From Okeania sp. (lineage in GTDB: Bacteria > Cyanobacteriota > Cyanobacteriia > Cyanobacteriales > Microcoleaceae), in contig NZ_JAYKGW010000180.1 in NCBI RefSeq assembly GCF_035285525.1, forward strand, positions 1 through 9,159: a DNA stretch of 9,159 nt, read 5' to 3'. A program made the position numbers and the translations under genes. Position 1 is the stretch's first letter, and every line of letters starts with the position of its first letter. Positions 1 to 6,534 of this stretch are shown here, piece after piece. A model generated the notes under the pieces. That model worked only from the letters and a program-made list of their open reading frames with translations, had not been told where the DNA came from and ran no database searches.

Positions 1-3000
1 ATCCATTTTTTAGCATTCAGTTTATCAAGTTTATTTACAAAAAAGGATTAATTTTTTATGATTATCAACAAAATAAATGGTTGTTTGATTTATCAGAAAT
101 AAAAATTTTGGCAGGGAGTGGGGATGTAGTTGAATTGATGGCTACTGAAATTAAAAAATTACCATTAGAAACTCAAGAATTATTAAAATTAGCAGCTTGT
201 ATTAGTAATAATTTTGACTTAGAAACTCTCTCAATCGTATATGAAAAATCCCTGTCAGAAACGGCTTTGTCTTTGTGGGATGCTTTATCAGAAGAATTGA
301 TTTTACCCAGAGATGAAACTTACAAGTTTTATCAGGGAGAACACTATGATAATTTTCCCGAAATAACAAATATAGAAACACCGATTTATCATTTTCTCCA
401 CGACCGAGTACAACAGGCAGCTTATAGTCTAATTCCGGAACCAAACAAGCAAGAAACTCATTTAAAAATTGGCAGGTTATTGTTGAAAAATACGGCGGAT
501 GAAGAATTAGAAGAAAAAATATTTGAAATTGTGAATCAACTGAATTATGGTGTGGAATTAATTACAGAAAAAGATGCTAGGGAAGAGTTGGCAAGTTTAA
601 ATTTAAGGGCAGGAATTAAAGCCAAATTATCGACTGCTTATAAATCAGCAATATCTTATTTACAGACAGGAATAAATTTATTAACTGAAAATAGTTGGCA
701 AACCCAATATCAATTAACATTGGCATTACATGAAGAAGCAGTAGAAACTAACTACTTAAATGGTGACTTTTCAGAAATGGATAAATTAGTTGATTGTGTA
801 TTAAAAAAAGCTAATAATCTCTTAGATAAAGTTAAAATCTATGAAATACAAATACAAGCTTGTGTGGCTCAGACTAAACTGCAAGAAGCTTTAACTATTG
901 GCTTATCTGTTTTGTCACTTCTTGGGATTATCTTTCCCGCAAATTTAACTCCATCATATATTCAAGAATGCCTCAAAAAAACTAAAAGAAACTTGAGGGG
1001 AAAAAGTATCTCTGAACTAATCAATTTACCATTATTAGAAGACTCAGAAAAATTAGCATCAATCCGGATTTTATCATCACTTTTTTCGATCACATTTGTT
1101 TACAAGCCAGAGTTATTTCCCCTAATTATATCTGCACAAATCAATTTATCTTTACAGTCAGGAACATCTCCATTCTTTGCTTTTGCTTGTTCCAACTATG
1201 GTATGATTTTATGTGCTGTAGAACAAGATATTGATACTGGATATCAGTTTGGTAGACTTGCTTGTGAACTATTAGAAAAATTTAACAGTAAAGACCAAAA
1301 AAGCAAAGTATTTCAAAGTGTTTACAATGGCATAGAACATTGGAAAATCCATGTCCGTGAAACTTTTCCTTATATACTTGAAGGTTATAAAACTGGTTTA
1401 GAAACCGGAGATTTAGAGTTCGCTAGTTATTGTATTCATCATTACTGTTGTTACTCTTACTTGTTAGGTATATCCCTTAATGAACTAGAGTCAGAAATAG
1501 AAAATTATAGCACTTCTCTCGGAGAAATTAAACAAGAAAATGCCTACTATTATAATCAGGTTGTTCATCAAGCTGTGATAAATTTACTTGAGGCTGTAGA
1601 AAATCCTGAGTTATTATCAGGTAGTGCTTTTGATGAAAAAAAATTGATTTCTTTTTATGAAAATATTAATGATAACTATGGTTTATTTCAAATCTATTTT
1701 CATAAATTAATTCTCTCTTATTTATTGGGAAATTTTCAGCATTCAAAGGATTATGTGGCACAAATAGAAAAATATCTTAACGGCGGTGTTGTCGGATTAT
1801 TTTATTTTCCAGTATATCACTTTTATAGTTCACTAGCTCTACTAGCTTTTTACTCTAATTCAACAGTTGCAGAACCAGATAAAATACTAGAAAAAGTAAC
1901 AGCTTATGGCGAAAAAATGAAATTCTGGGCACAACACGCACCCACAAATTATTCCCACAAATACTATTTAATAGAAGCAGAAAAACAAAGAATATTAGGA
2001 AATAAAATAGCAGCTATCGAAGCTTACGAACAAGCGATCGCTCTCGCTACAGAAAATCAATATATTCAAGAAGCAGCTTTAGCAAATGAACTCTGCGCCA
2101 AATTTTATCTAGACTGGGGAAAAACCAAAATTGCTCAGACCTACATGATCGAAGCATACTATGGATATAATAATTGGGGAGCGCTAGCTAAAGTAAGAGA
2201 CTTAGAAAAACGATATCCACAACTACTAACCACAGTGTTAGTTTTCTCTCCTGAAAAAAACAACCTCATCAACAGTATTAACTACACCCAGAACTCTCGA
2301 TCTAATAGAGAAAGTATCTTCGATCTAGGAACTGTACTCAAAGTTTCTCAAACTTTGTCTGGAGAAGTGAAACTAGAAAATTTGCTCTCAACCTTAATTC
2401 AACTAATGATGGAAAATACGGGGGCGCAAAAATGCGCTCTGATTCTCCTCCAAGAGCAACAGTTAATACTTGAAGCAATGACTTATGTTGTAGATACAGC
2501 TATCCCTAGCGATCATAACCAATATCTCCAAAATTTCGAGCTACCCCAAATACCGGTTTCCGTAAGTCAAGAGTTACCCCAAGCATTAATTAATTATGTT
2601 TGGCGAACTGAAAAATTTCAGGTATTTAATGATGCTACTACAGAAGCAACATGGATAAATGACGCTTATTTGGAACGACAGCAACCTAAGTCTATATTAT
2701 GTACTCCAATTATTAAACAAGGTAAACTTATAGGGATTATTTACTTAGAAAACAATTTAACAACAGGTGCATTTACTGCTGAAAGATTAGAGCTATTAGA
2801 AATGATTACTACCCAAGCAGCTATTTCTCTAGAAAATGCTTTTCTTTACGATACTTTAGAAAAAAATGTTCAAGAATTAAACGAAAAAAATCAACGTATA
2901 AATAAAACGTTGGAAAAATTAAAACGTACTCAAGCTCAACTAATTCAAACCGAAAAAATGTCATCTTTAGGGCAGTTAGTTGCTGGAGTTGCTCACGAAA

Positions 3001-3743
3001 TTAATAATCCAGTTAGCTTTATTTATGGCAATATAGATTATGCTCAAGAATATACTAAATACTTATTAGATATAATTTCAATATATCAAAAAAAGTATCG
3101 CGAACCTATGGATGAAATTAGAGATATTTTGGGAAATATGGAACTAGATTTTTTACTTAAAGATTTGCCCAAAATATTAACCTCTATGAAAGTAGGAGCT
3201 GAACGAATTAAAGAAATTGTCAAATCTCTACGGAACTTTTCTCGTCTGGATGAAGCTAAAGTTAAAAATATAGATATACATGAAGGAATAGATTCTACTT
3301 TAATGATTGTCCAAAGTAATCTCAAAGCTAAACCCTATGAATCGGAAATTAAAGTTATTAAAAATTACGGTCAATTACCTGAAGTTAGATGTTATCCGGG
3401 AGAGCTTAATCAGGTATTTATGAATATTATTGGTAATGCTATTGATGCACTAGAACCCATAAGAAAATCATCAAACAATTTGTCTCCTAAAATTACTATT
3501 ACTACAGAAATAGAAGTTAAAAATAAAGTCATAATTCGGATTGCTGATAATGGTATAGGTATGACTGAGGAGGTACAAAAGCGCATATTTGACCCTTTTT
3601 ATACCACAAAACCAGTGGGAAAAGGAACAGGGTTAGGTTTAGCAATTAGCTATCAAATTGTTCTAGAACATCATAAGGGAAATTTAGAATGTATTTCTGC
3701 TCCCGGTGCAGGTTCAGAATTTATAATTTCAATTCCTTTTTGA
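1..3743 (+). CDS. Multidomain sensor histidine kinase, 5'-partial. Contains a STAND/AAA-associated helical region, a TPR-like helical region, GAF, HisKA and HATPase_c. Family architecture predicts Ser/Thr-kinase and P-loop ATPase modules upstream of the window.
   Basis: The track ORF 81..3743 begins at TTG, but the same frame has no stop from base 3: PFFSIQFIKFIYKKGLIFYDYQQNKW then LFDLSEIK. First full codon is at 3 and stop TGA is at 3741-3743. FLHDRVQQAAYSLI and the long helical region are typical of the cyanobacterial kinase-AAA-GAF-HK family. The C-terminal half has clear GAF and histidine kinase motifs. Confidence 0.9.
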   Translation, partial: PFFSIQFIKFIYKKGLIFYDYQQNKWLFDLSEIKILAGSGDVVELMATEIKKLPLETQELLKLAACISNNFDLETLSIVYEKSLSETALSLWDALSEELILPRDETYKFYQGEHYDNFPEITNIETPIYHFLHDRVQQAAYSLIPEPNKQETHLKIGRLLLKNTADEELEEKIFEIVNQLNYGVELITEKDAREELASLNLRAGIKAKLSTAYKSAISYLQTGINLLTENSWQTQYQLTLALHEEAVETNYLNGDFSEMDKLVDCVLKKANNLLDKVKIYEIQIQACVAQTKLQEALTIGLSVLSLLGIIFPANLTPSYIQECLKKTKRNLRGKSISELINLPLLEDSEKLASIRILSSLFSITFVYKPELFPLIISAQINLSLQSGTSPFFAFACSNYGMILCAVEQDIDTGYQFGRLACELLEKFNSKDQKSKVFQSVYNGIEHWKIHVRETFPYILEGYKTGLETGDLEFASYCIHHYCCYSYLLGISLNELESEIENYSTSLGEIKQENAYYYNQVVHQAVINLLEAVENPELLSGSAFDEKKLISFYENINDNYGLFQIYFHKLILSYLLGNFQHSKDYVAQIEKYLNGGVVGLFYFPVYHFYSSLALLAFYSNSTVAEPDKILEKVTAYGEKMKFWAQHAPTNYSHKYYLIEAEKQRILGNKIAAIEAYEQAIALATENQYIQEAALANELCAKFYLDWGKTKIAQTYMIEAYYGYNNWGALAKVRDLEKRYPQLLTTVLVFSPEKNNLINSINYTQNSRSNRESIFDLGTVLKVSQTLSGEVKLENLLSTLIQLMMENTGAQKCALILLQEQQLILEAMTYVVDTAIPSDHNQYLQNFELPQIPVSVSQELPQALINYVWRTEKFQVFNDATTEATWINDAYLERQQPKSILCTPIIKQGKLIGIIYLENNLTTGAFTAERLELLEMITTQAAISLENAFLYDTLEKNVQELNEKNQRINKTLEKLKRTQAQLIQTEKMSSLGQLVAGVAHEINNPVSFIYGNIDYAQEYTKYLLDIISIYQKKYREPMDEIRDILGNMELDFLLKDLPKILTSMKVGAERIKEIVKSLRNFSRLDEAKVKNIDIHEGIDSTLMIVQSNLKAKPYESEIKVIKNYGQLPEVRCYPGELNQVFMNIIGNAIDALEPIRKSSNNLSPKITITTEIEVKNKVIIRIADNGIGMTEEVQKRIFDPFYTTKPVGKGTGLGLAISYQIVLEHHKGNLECISAPGAGSEFIISIPF
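2034..2041. repeat. HIP1 palindrome GCGATCGC
   Basis: Exact octamer read in the sequence, inside the kinase CDS. Confidence 0.95.
2316..2850 (+). other. GAF domain within the sensor kinase
   Basis: IFDLGTVLKVSQTLSGEVKLENLLSTLIQLMMENTGAQKCALILL ... ILCTPIIKQGKLIGIIYLENNLTTGAFTAERLELLEMITTQAAISLENAFLY. This is the classic GAF core pattern: beta-strand L.vPl, then G.l.Gvlyl.n, then the terminal helix. Boundaries are approximate. Confidence 0.75.
2931..3740 (+). other. Histidine kinase transmitter core (HisKA/DHp plus HATPase_c)
   Basis: H-box SSLGQLVAGVAHEINNPVSF, with the phospho-acceptor His codon CAC at 2994-2996. N-box NQVFMNIIGNAIDAL. G1 box RIADNGIGM. F/G2 boxes FDPFYTTKPVGKGTGLGLAISY. 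No receiver domain is fused. Confidence 0.92.
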
Positions 3744-3803
3744 AGGAAGAGGTGTAAGCATTCAGCTATTAGCTGTCAGATATTCCTGCGGAATGCACTT
3801 CCA

Positions 3804-3817
3804 TTCAGCAAACCCTA
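3804..3817. repeat. 14-mer TTCAGCAAACCCTA, identical to the inner part of the terminal inverted repeat of the 6113-6383 element
   Basis: Exact reverse complement of 6123-6136 (TAGGGTTTGCTGAA). It differs by one base from 6356-6369 (TTCAGCAAGCCCTA). All three copies are intergenic. Confidence 0.45.
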
Positions 3818-3851
3818 TCTAAACTTTAAAGCTATTTTAAAGTTTAGATAG
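3815..3851 (+). repeat. Perfect 16-bp inverted repeat with a 5-nt loop. It could be a terminator for the kinase gene or a protein-binding palindrome upstream of ackA.
   Basis: CTATCTAAACTTTAAA (3815-3830), loop GCTAT, then TTTAAAGTTTAGATAG (3836-3851); the arms are exact reverse complements. It lies 72 nt after the kinase stop and 82 nt before the ackA ATG. The stem is AT-rich and no U-tract follows, so terminator function is uncertain. Confidence 0.5.
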
Positions 3852-3901
3852 TCAGATTCAATTTCTGAGTTGGTTTATCTGCTTTTCCTGTGCTAAAAAA
3901 G

Positions 3902-3907
3902 TAGAAT
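3902..3907 (+). promoter_or_regulatory. Candidate -10 hexamer TAGAAT for ackA
   Basis: Near-consensus TAGAAT ends 25 nt upstream of the ackA ATG. There is no convincing -35 at 17-bp spacing (CTGCTT). Such hexamers are common in AT-rich DNA. Confidence 0.2.
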
Positions 3908-3932
3908 CAAGAAAGAGAAATTATTACTAACT

Positions 3933-5156
3933 ATGAAAATTTTAGTATTAAATGCAGGTTCTAGTTCCCAGAAAAGTTGTTTGTATGAAATTACTACACA
4001 AAACTTACCAGAAAATCCACCAAAACCAATTTGGGAAGCAACCATTGACTGGACTGCTAATCAGAACTATGGCATCCTAGAAATAGAAGCAAACGGAGTT
4101 AAAAAAGACTTCAAACTTAACCCCGAAAAACGCCAAGAAGGTATTTCTAAAATGCTAGAAACTCTCAGTCAAGGTGAAACAAAAGTAATCGAAAAATTAT
4201 CCGATATAAATGTCGTTGGTCATCGAGTAGTTCATGGCGGTTCAGAATATTCAGAAGCAACCTTCGTTACCGATAAAGTCAAAACAATAATTAAAAATCT
4301 TATCCCTCTAGCACCTAATCATAATCCTCATCATTTAGAAGGAATAGAAGCTATTAAAAAAATCTTAGGAGATGTTCCTCAAATAGCAGTATTTGATACA
4401 GCATTTCATAGTCAAATGCCAAAAGAAGCTGCCGTTTATCCAATTCCTTATCAATGGTTTCAAAAAGGAATTAGACGGTACGGTTTTCATGGAACAAGTC
4501 ATAAATATTGTTCTCAAAAAGCAGCCCAAATATTAAATAAACCATTGGCATCTTTACGCATAATTAGTTGTCATTTAGGTAATGGTGCTTCCTTAACAGC
4601 AATCCGAAATGGAATTAGTATTAATACTACTATGGGATTCACTCCATTGGAAGGATTAATGATGGGAACTCGCAGCGGTTCAATTGATTCAGCAATTCTT
4701 ATTTATTTGATGCAAGAATATAATTTTGATGCCGAAAAATTGAATAAAATGCTGAATCAAGAATCAGGTTTAAAAGGAATTTATGGTAAATCAGGAGATA
4801 TGCGTTATATCATTAATGCTATGGAACAAGGAGACGAACTTGCTCAATTAGCATTTGATATTTATATTCATAAACTTCGTTGTTGTTTAGGAGAAATGTT
4901 AGCTTCTATTGGTGGTTTAGATGTCTTAGTATTTACTGCTGGAATCGGAGAAAATTCCGCAATTATTAGAGAAAAAACTTGTGTAAATTTGGAATTTTTA
5001 GGATTAAAAATTGACCATAAAAAAAATACTAAACCTACTATGAATACTGATATTTCTGCCTCAGATAGCCAAATACCAATTTTAGTAATACATACACAAG
5101 AAGATTGGGCGATCGCTTGTGAATGTTGGCAGAAAATTAGTCAAAAAAAGTCCTGA
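3933..5156 (+). CDS. ackA: Acetate kinase
   Basis: 407 aa. Canonical N-terminus MKILVLNAGSSSQK. Further family motifs are VGHRVVHGG, RRYGFHGTSH, CHLGNGASL, MGTRSGSID and FTAGIGENS. Both length and motif order match the acetate/propionate kinase family. Confidence 0.95.
   Translation: MKILVLNAGSSSQKSCLYEITTQNLPENPPKPIWEATIDWTANQNYGILEIEANGVKKDFKLNPEKRQEGISKMLETLSQGETKVIEKLSDINVVGHRVVHGGSEYSEATFVTDKVKTIIKNLIPLAPNHNPHHLEGIEAIKKILGDVPQIAVFDTAFHSQMPKEAAVYPIPYQWFQKGIRRYGFHGTSHKYCSQKAAQILNKPLASLRIISCHLGNGASLTAIRNGISINTTMGFTPLEGLMMGTRSGSIDSAILIYLMQEYNFDAEKLNKMLNQESGLKGIYGKSGDMRYIINAMEQGDELAQLAFDIYIHKLRCCLGEMLASIGGLDVLVFTAGIGENSAIIREKTCVNLEFLGLKIDHKKNTKPTMNTDISASDSQIPILVIHTQEDWAIACECWQKISQKKS
5109..5116. 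repeat. HIP1 palindrome GCGATCGC
   Basis: Exact octamer read in the sequence, inside ackA. Confidence 0.95.
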
Positions 5157-5203
5157 AAAAGTTATATGATTTTTTAAATGTTTATTACACAGAATTTACC
5201 CAA

Positions 5204-5236
5204 AGAAACCCGGTTTTTACAAGAAACCGGGTTTCT
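5204..5236 (+). terminator. Stem-loop downstream of ackA, likely an intrinsic terminator
   Basis: AGAAACCCGGTTT (5204-5216), loop TTACAAG, then AAACCGGGTTTCT (5224-5236). This is a perfect 13-bp stem with a CCCGG/CCGGG core, starting 48 nt after the ackA stop. The 3' arm ends in UUUCU, but there is no long U-run. Confidence 0.5.
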
Positions 5237-5339
5237 AGGTTCCCCCTCTGTAAGTTTTGTAAGTATTAAAATTTTTACTTTTCAATTTAGACTTTTAGAT
5301 TATTCAGATAAGGTGGATTAATAGAGTAAAATCACGATT

Positions 5340-6074
5340 ATGTACAATGAAGACCTTAACCTACAAAATATTCAGCCAACCGGAGAAAGTCCTCTGGACT
5401 ATATAGGAGAAGAACCTCCAAAACCAGACCCAGAGGAAATGTTACCATTACTAACATCCTCAGAGCCTTCCCAACGAATGATGGCCGCGCGAGCTTTCTG
5501 TGAACTTCAGGACGAACGGGCAATCCCCCCATTAATTAAACTTTTGCAAGATGATTGTCCATTGATACGAGTAAGTGCTGCTTATGCTTTAGGCCGTAAT
5601 CCTAGTCCAGATGCTGTGGAACCTTTAATTAAACAGTTAAGTCTTGACTTTAATGGCTATGTTCGTAAAGGTATAGTTTGGGCCTTGGGTAATTGTCGCG
5701 ATCGCCGTTCTCTAGAACCTTTAGTAGATGCTCTCCGGACAGATATTCCTGCTGTCCGCTTATGGTCTGCTAGTTCTTTAGGACAAATGGCCAAAGTAAG
5801 TTACGAGGTTGTGGTAGGGGGAATACCACCATTGATTGAAGGGTTGAGACGAGACTCAATGATTGTAGTCCGCAGTAACTGTGCATGGGCCATTGGTCAG
5901 TTGTGTCGAGAATTACCTTCTAATATTGTTTATGCTGGTGCAATTGATGCTTTGATTGAGGCATTGGAGGAAGATGAGGATATGGGGGTACGGGAAGATG
6001 CGAAGTCTTCTTTGTTACGAGTGGGAGACCCCAGGGGATTACAAGTTATTGAAGATTTAGCAATGGATAATTAA
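5340..6074 (+). CDS. HEAT-repeat protein (PBS-lyase HEAT-like repeats, CpcE/NblB-type fold); function unknown
   Basis: 244 aa with about six ~31-aa repeats of the pattern .R..AA.ALG......A..PLI..L. Examples are IRVSAAYALGRNPSPDAVEPLIKQL, YVRKGIVWALGNCRDRRSLEPLVDAL and VVRSNCAWAIGQL...AIDALIEAL. Ends in a double stop TAA TAA at 6072-6077. Confidence 0.8.
   Translation: MYNEDLNLQNIQPTGESPLDYIGEEPPKPDPEEMLPLLTSSEPSQRMMAARAFCELQDERAIPPLIKLLQDDCPLIRVSAAYALGRNPSPDAVEPLIKQLSLDFNGYVRKGIVWALGNCRDRRSLEPLVDALRTDIPAVRLWSASSLGQMAKVSYEVVVGGIPPLIEGLRRDSMIVVRSNCAWAIGQLCRELPSNIVYAGAIDALIEALEEDEDMGVREDAKSSLLRVGDPRGLQVIEDLAMDN
5698..5705. repeat. HIP1 palindrome GCGATCGC
   Basis: Exact octamer read in the sequence, inside the HEAT-repeat CDS. 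Confidence 0.95.
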
Positions 6075-6092
6075 TAATTAATAATGGATAAT
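6065..6092. repeat. Heptamer tandem array, 4 units: GGATAAT TAATAAT TAATAAT GGATAAT, followed by TACCT
   Basis: Strict 7-nt periodicity read directly from the sequence. The array overlaps the last codons and the stop of the HEAT gene. It resembles the short tandemly repeated heptamers (STRR) known from filamentous cyanobacteria. Confidence 0.6.
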
Positions 6093-6112
6093 TACCTTTC
6101 TATGCTTTACTA

Positions 6113-6383
6113 AATCATTAATTAGGGTTTGCTGAAAAAGTCTTTTAGTGGTGGGGAGGAGCCAGAATCGAGCAATCCGGCAATTCAGGAGGAATGGGAA
6201 TCATAGAAGAAGTAGCCAGAAGAATTTTCAGAGTAATTTTCTACCCCTCGAAATGCCCAAAATCCTTGATTTTTTAACGTGAGACATCTAAAAACTAACA
6301 CTTTATCAGTACCTGAAAAGTCTCAAACCTTTACCTATAAAAACTTTGAGATTTATTCAGCAAGCCCTAATTAATTAATGATT
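6113..6383. mobile_element. MITE-like non-autonomous element, or a long-stem structured element, bounded by terminal inverted repeats
   Basis: Left end AATCATTAATTAGGGTTTGCTGAA (6113-6136). The reverse complement of the right end (6356-6383) is AATCATTAATTAATTAGGGCTTGCTGAA, which differs only by a 4-nt ATTA indel and one T/C mismatch. The 219-bp interior has no credible ORF. There is a subterminal direct repeat, CTGAAAAAGTCT at 6132-6143 and CTGAAAAGTCT at 6313-6323. No clear target-site duplication is visible. Confidence 0.45.
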
Positions 6384-6490
6384 CGATAAACAACAATCTT
6401 GCCACTTTTTCAAAATAGACAATAGGCAAAAGTTTTAGAGTTTATTTCTAGTTTTTACAGCAGATTTCGGACAAATGAAGTACAAAGCTT

Positions 6491-6509
6491 CAATAATTAA
6501 TAATTACCT
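6491..6509. repeat. Second heptamer array, 2 units: CAATAAT TAATAAT, followed by TACCT
   Basis: ATAATTAATAATTA (6493-6506) is identical to 6067-6080. ATAATTACCT (6500-6509) is identical to 6088-6097. This makes it a direct repeat of the array at the HEAT gene stop. Confidence 0.55.
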
Positions 6510-6534
6510 CTTCTTCTTCCTTCTTCCTTCCTTT
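6507..6534. repeat. 28-nt homopyrimidine tract (homopurine on the minus strand) containing a 15-nt mirror repeat
   Basis: CCTCTTCTTCTTCCTTCTTCCTTCCTTT contains only C and T. CTTCCTTCTTCCTTC (6516-6530) is mirror-symmetric. The tract abuts the stop codon of the minus-strand glycosyltransferase gene. Confidence 0.7.

Noticed and set aside
202-444. 80-aa minus-strand ORF inside the kinase gene.
   Set aside because: It is antisense to a strongly supported CDS, has no recognisable motifs and its composition is typical of shadow ORFs in AT-rich DNA.
1636-1643. A8 run in the kinase CDS as a potential slipped-strand phase-variation site. A7 runs occur near 2255, 2885 and 3088.
   Set aside because: Poly-A/T runs encoding Lys or Phe are expected at this base composition. 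All frames are intact and there is no evidence of switching.
2700-2702. Cys in the GAF domain (SILCTPI) as a possible bilin attachment site, which would make this a cyanobacteriochrome or phytochrome-type photoreceptor.
   Set aside because: The context matches the generic GAF beta-strand (L.vPl). It lacks the CH motif and the DXCF motif expected in bilin-binding GAF domains.
3086-3325. 79-aa minus-strand ORF inside the kinase HisKA/HATPase region.
   Set aside because: It is antisense to highly conserved catalytic motifs of the kinase, so it is a shadow ORF.
3758-3796. Weak hairpin GCATTC ... GAATGC, plus the nested CAGCT-ATT-AGCTG, just after the kinase stop.
   Set aside because: The stems are only 5-6 bp, with a 27-nt loop between the outer arms. 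That is not distinguishable from chance.
3744-3932. Possible functional coupling or co-transcription of the orphan kinase with ackA, given that acetyl-phosphate is a phosphodonor in two-component signalling.
   Set aside because: Only adjacency supports it. The 189-bp spacer contains a perfect 16-bp hairpin and a -10-like element, which suggests separate transcription units. The idea has no sequence-level support.
5250-5263. NtcA-like site (GTA-N8-TAC) upstream of the HEAT gene.
   Set aside because: The sequence reads GTA-N8-AAG, so the second half-site is missing.
5274-5301. Promoter-like TTTACT-16 nt-TAGATT upstream of the HEAT gene.
   Set aside because: The -35 is poor, and many equivalent hexamer pairs exist in this AT-rich spacer. 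It cannot be supported without TSS data.
6194-6277. 27-aa ORF (MGIIEEVARRIFRVIFYPSKCPKSLIF) inside the MITE-like element, preceded by AGGAGGA.
   Set aside because: The SD-like purine run ends only 1-2 nt before the ATG, which is too close. The peptide has no recognisable features. It would need ribosome profiling or conservation to be believed.
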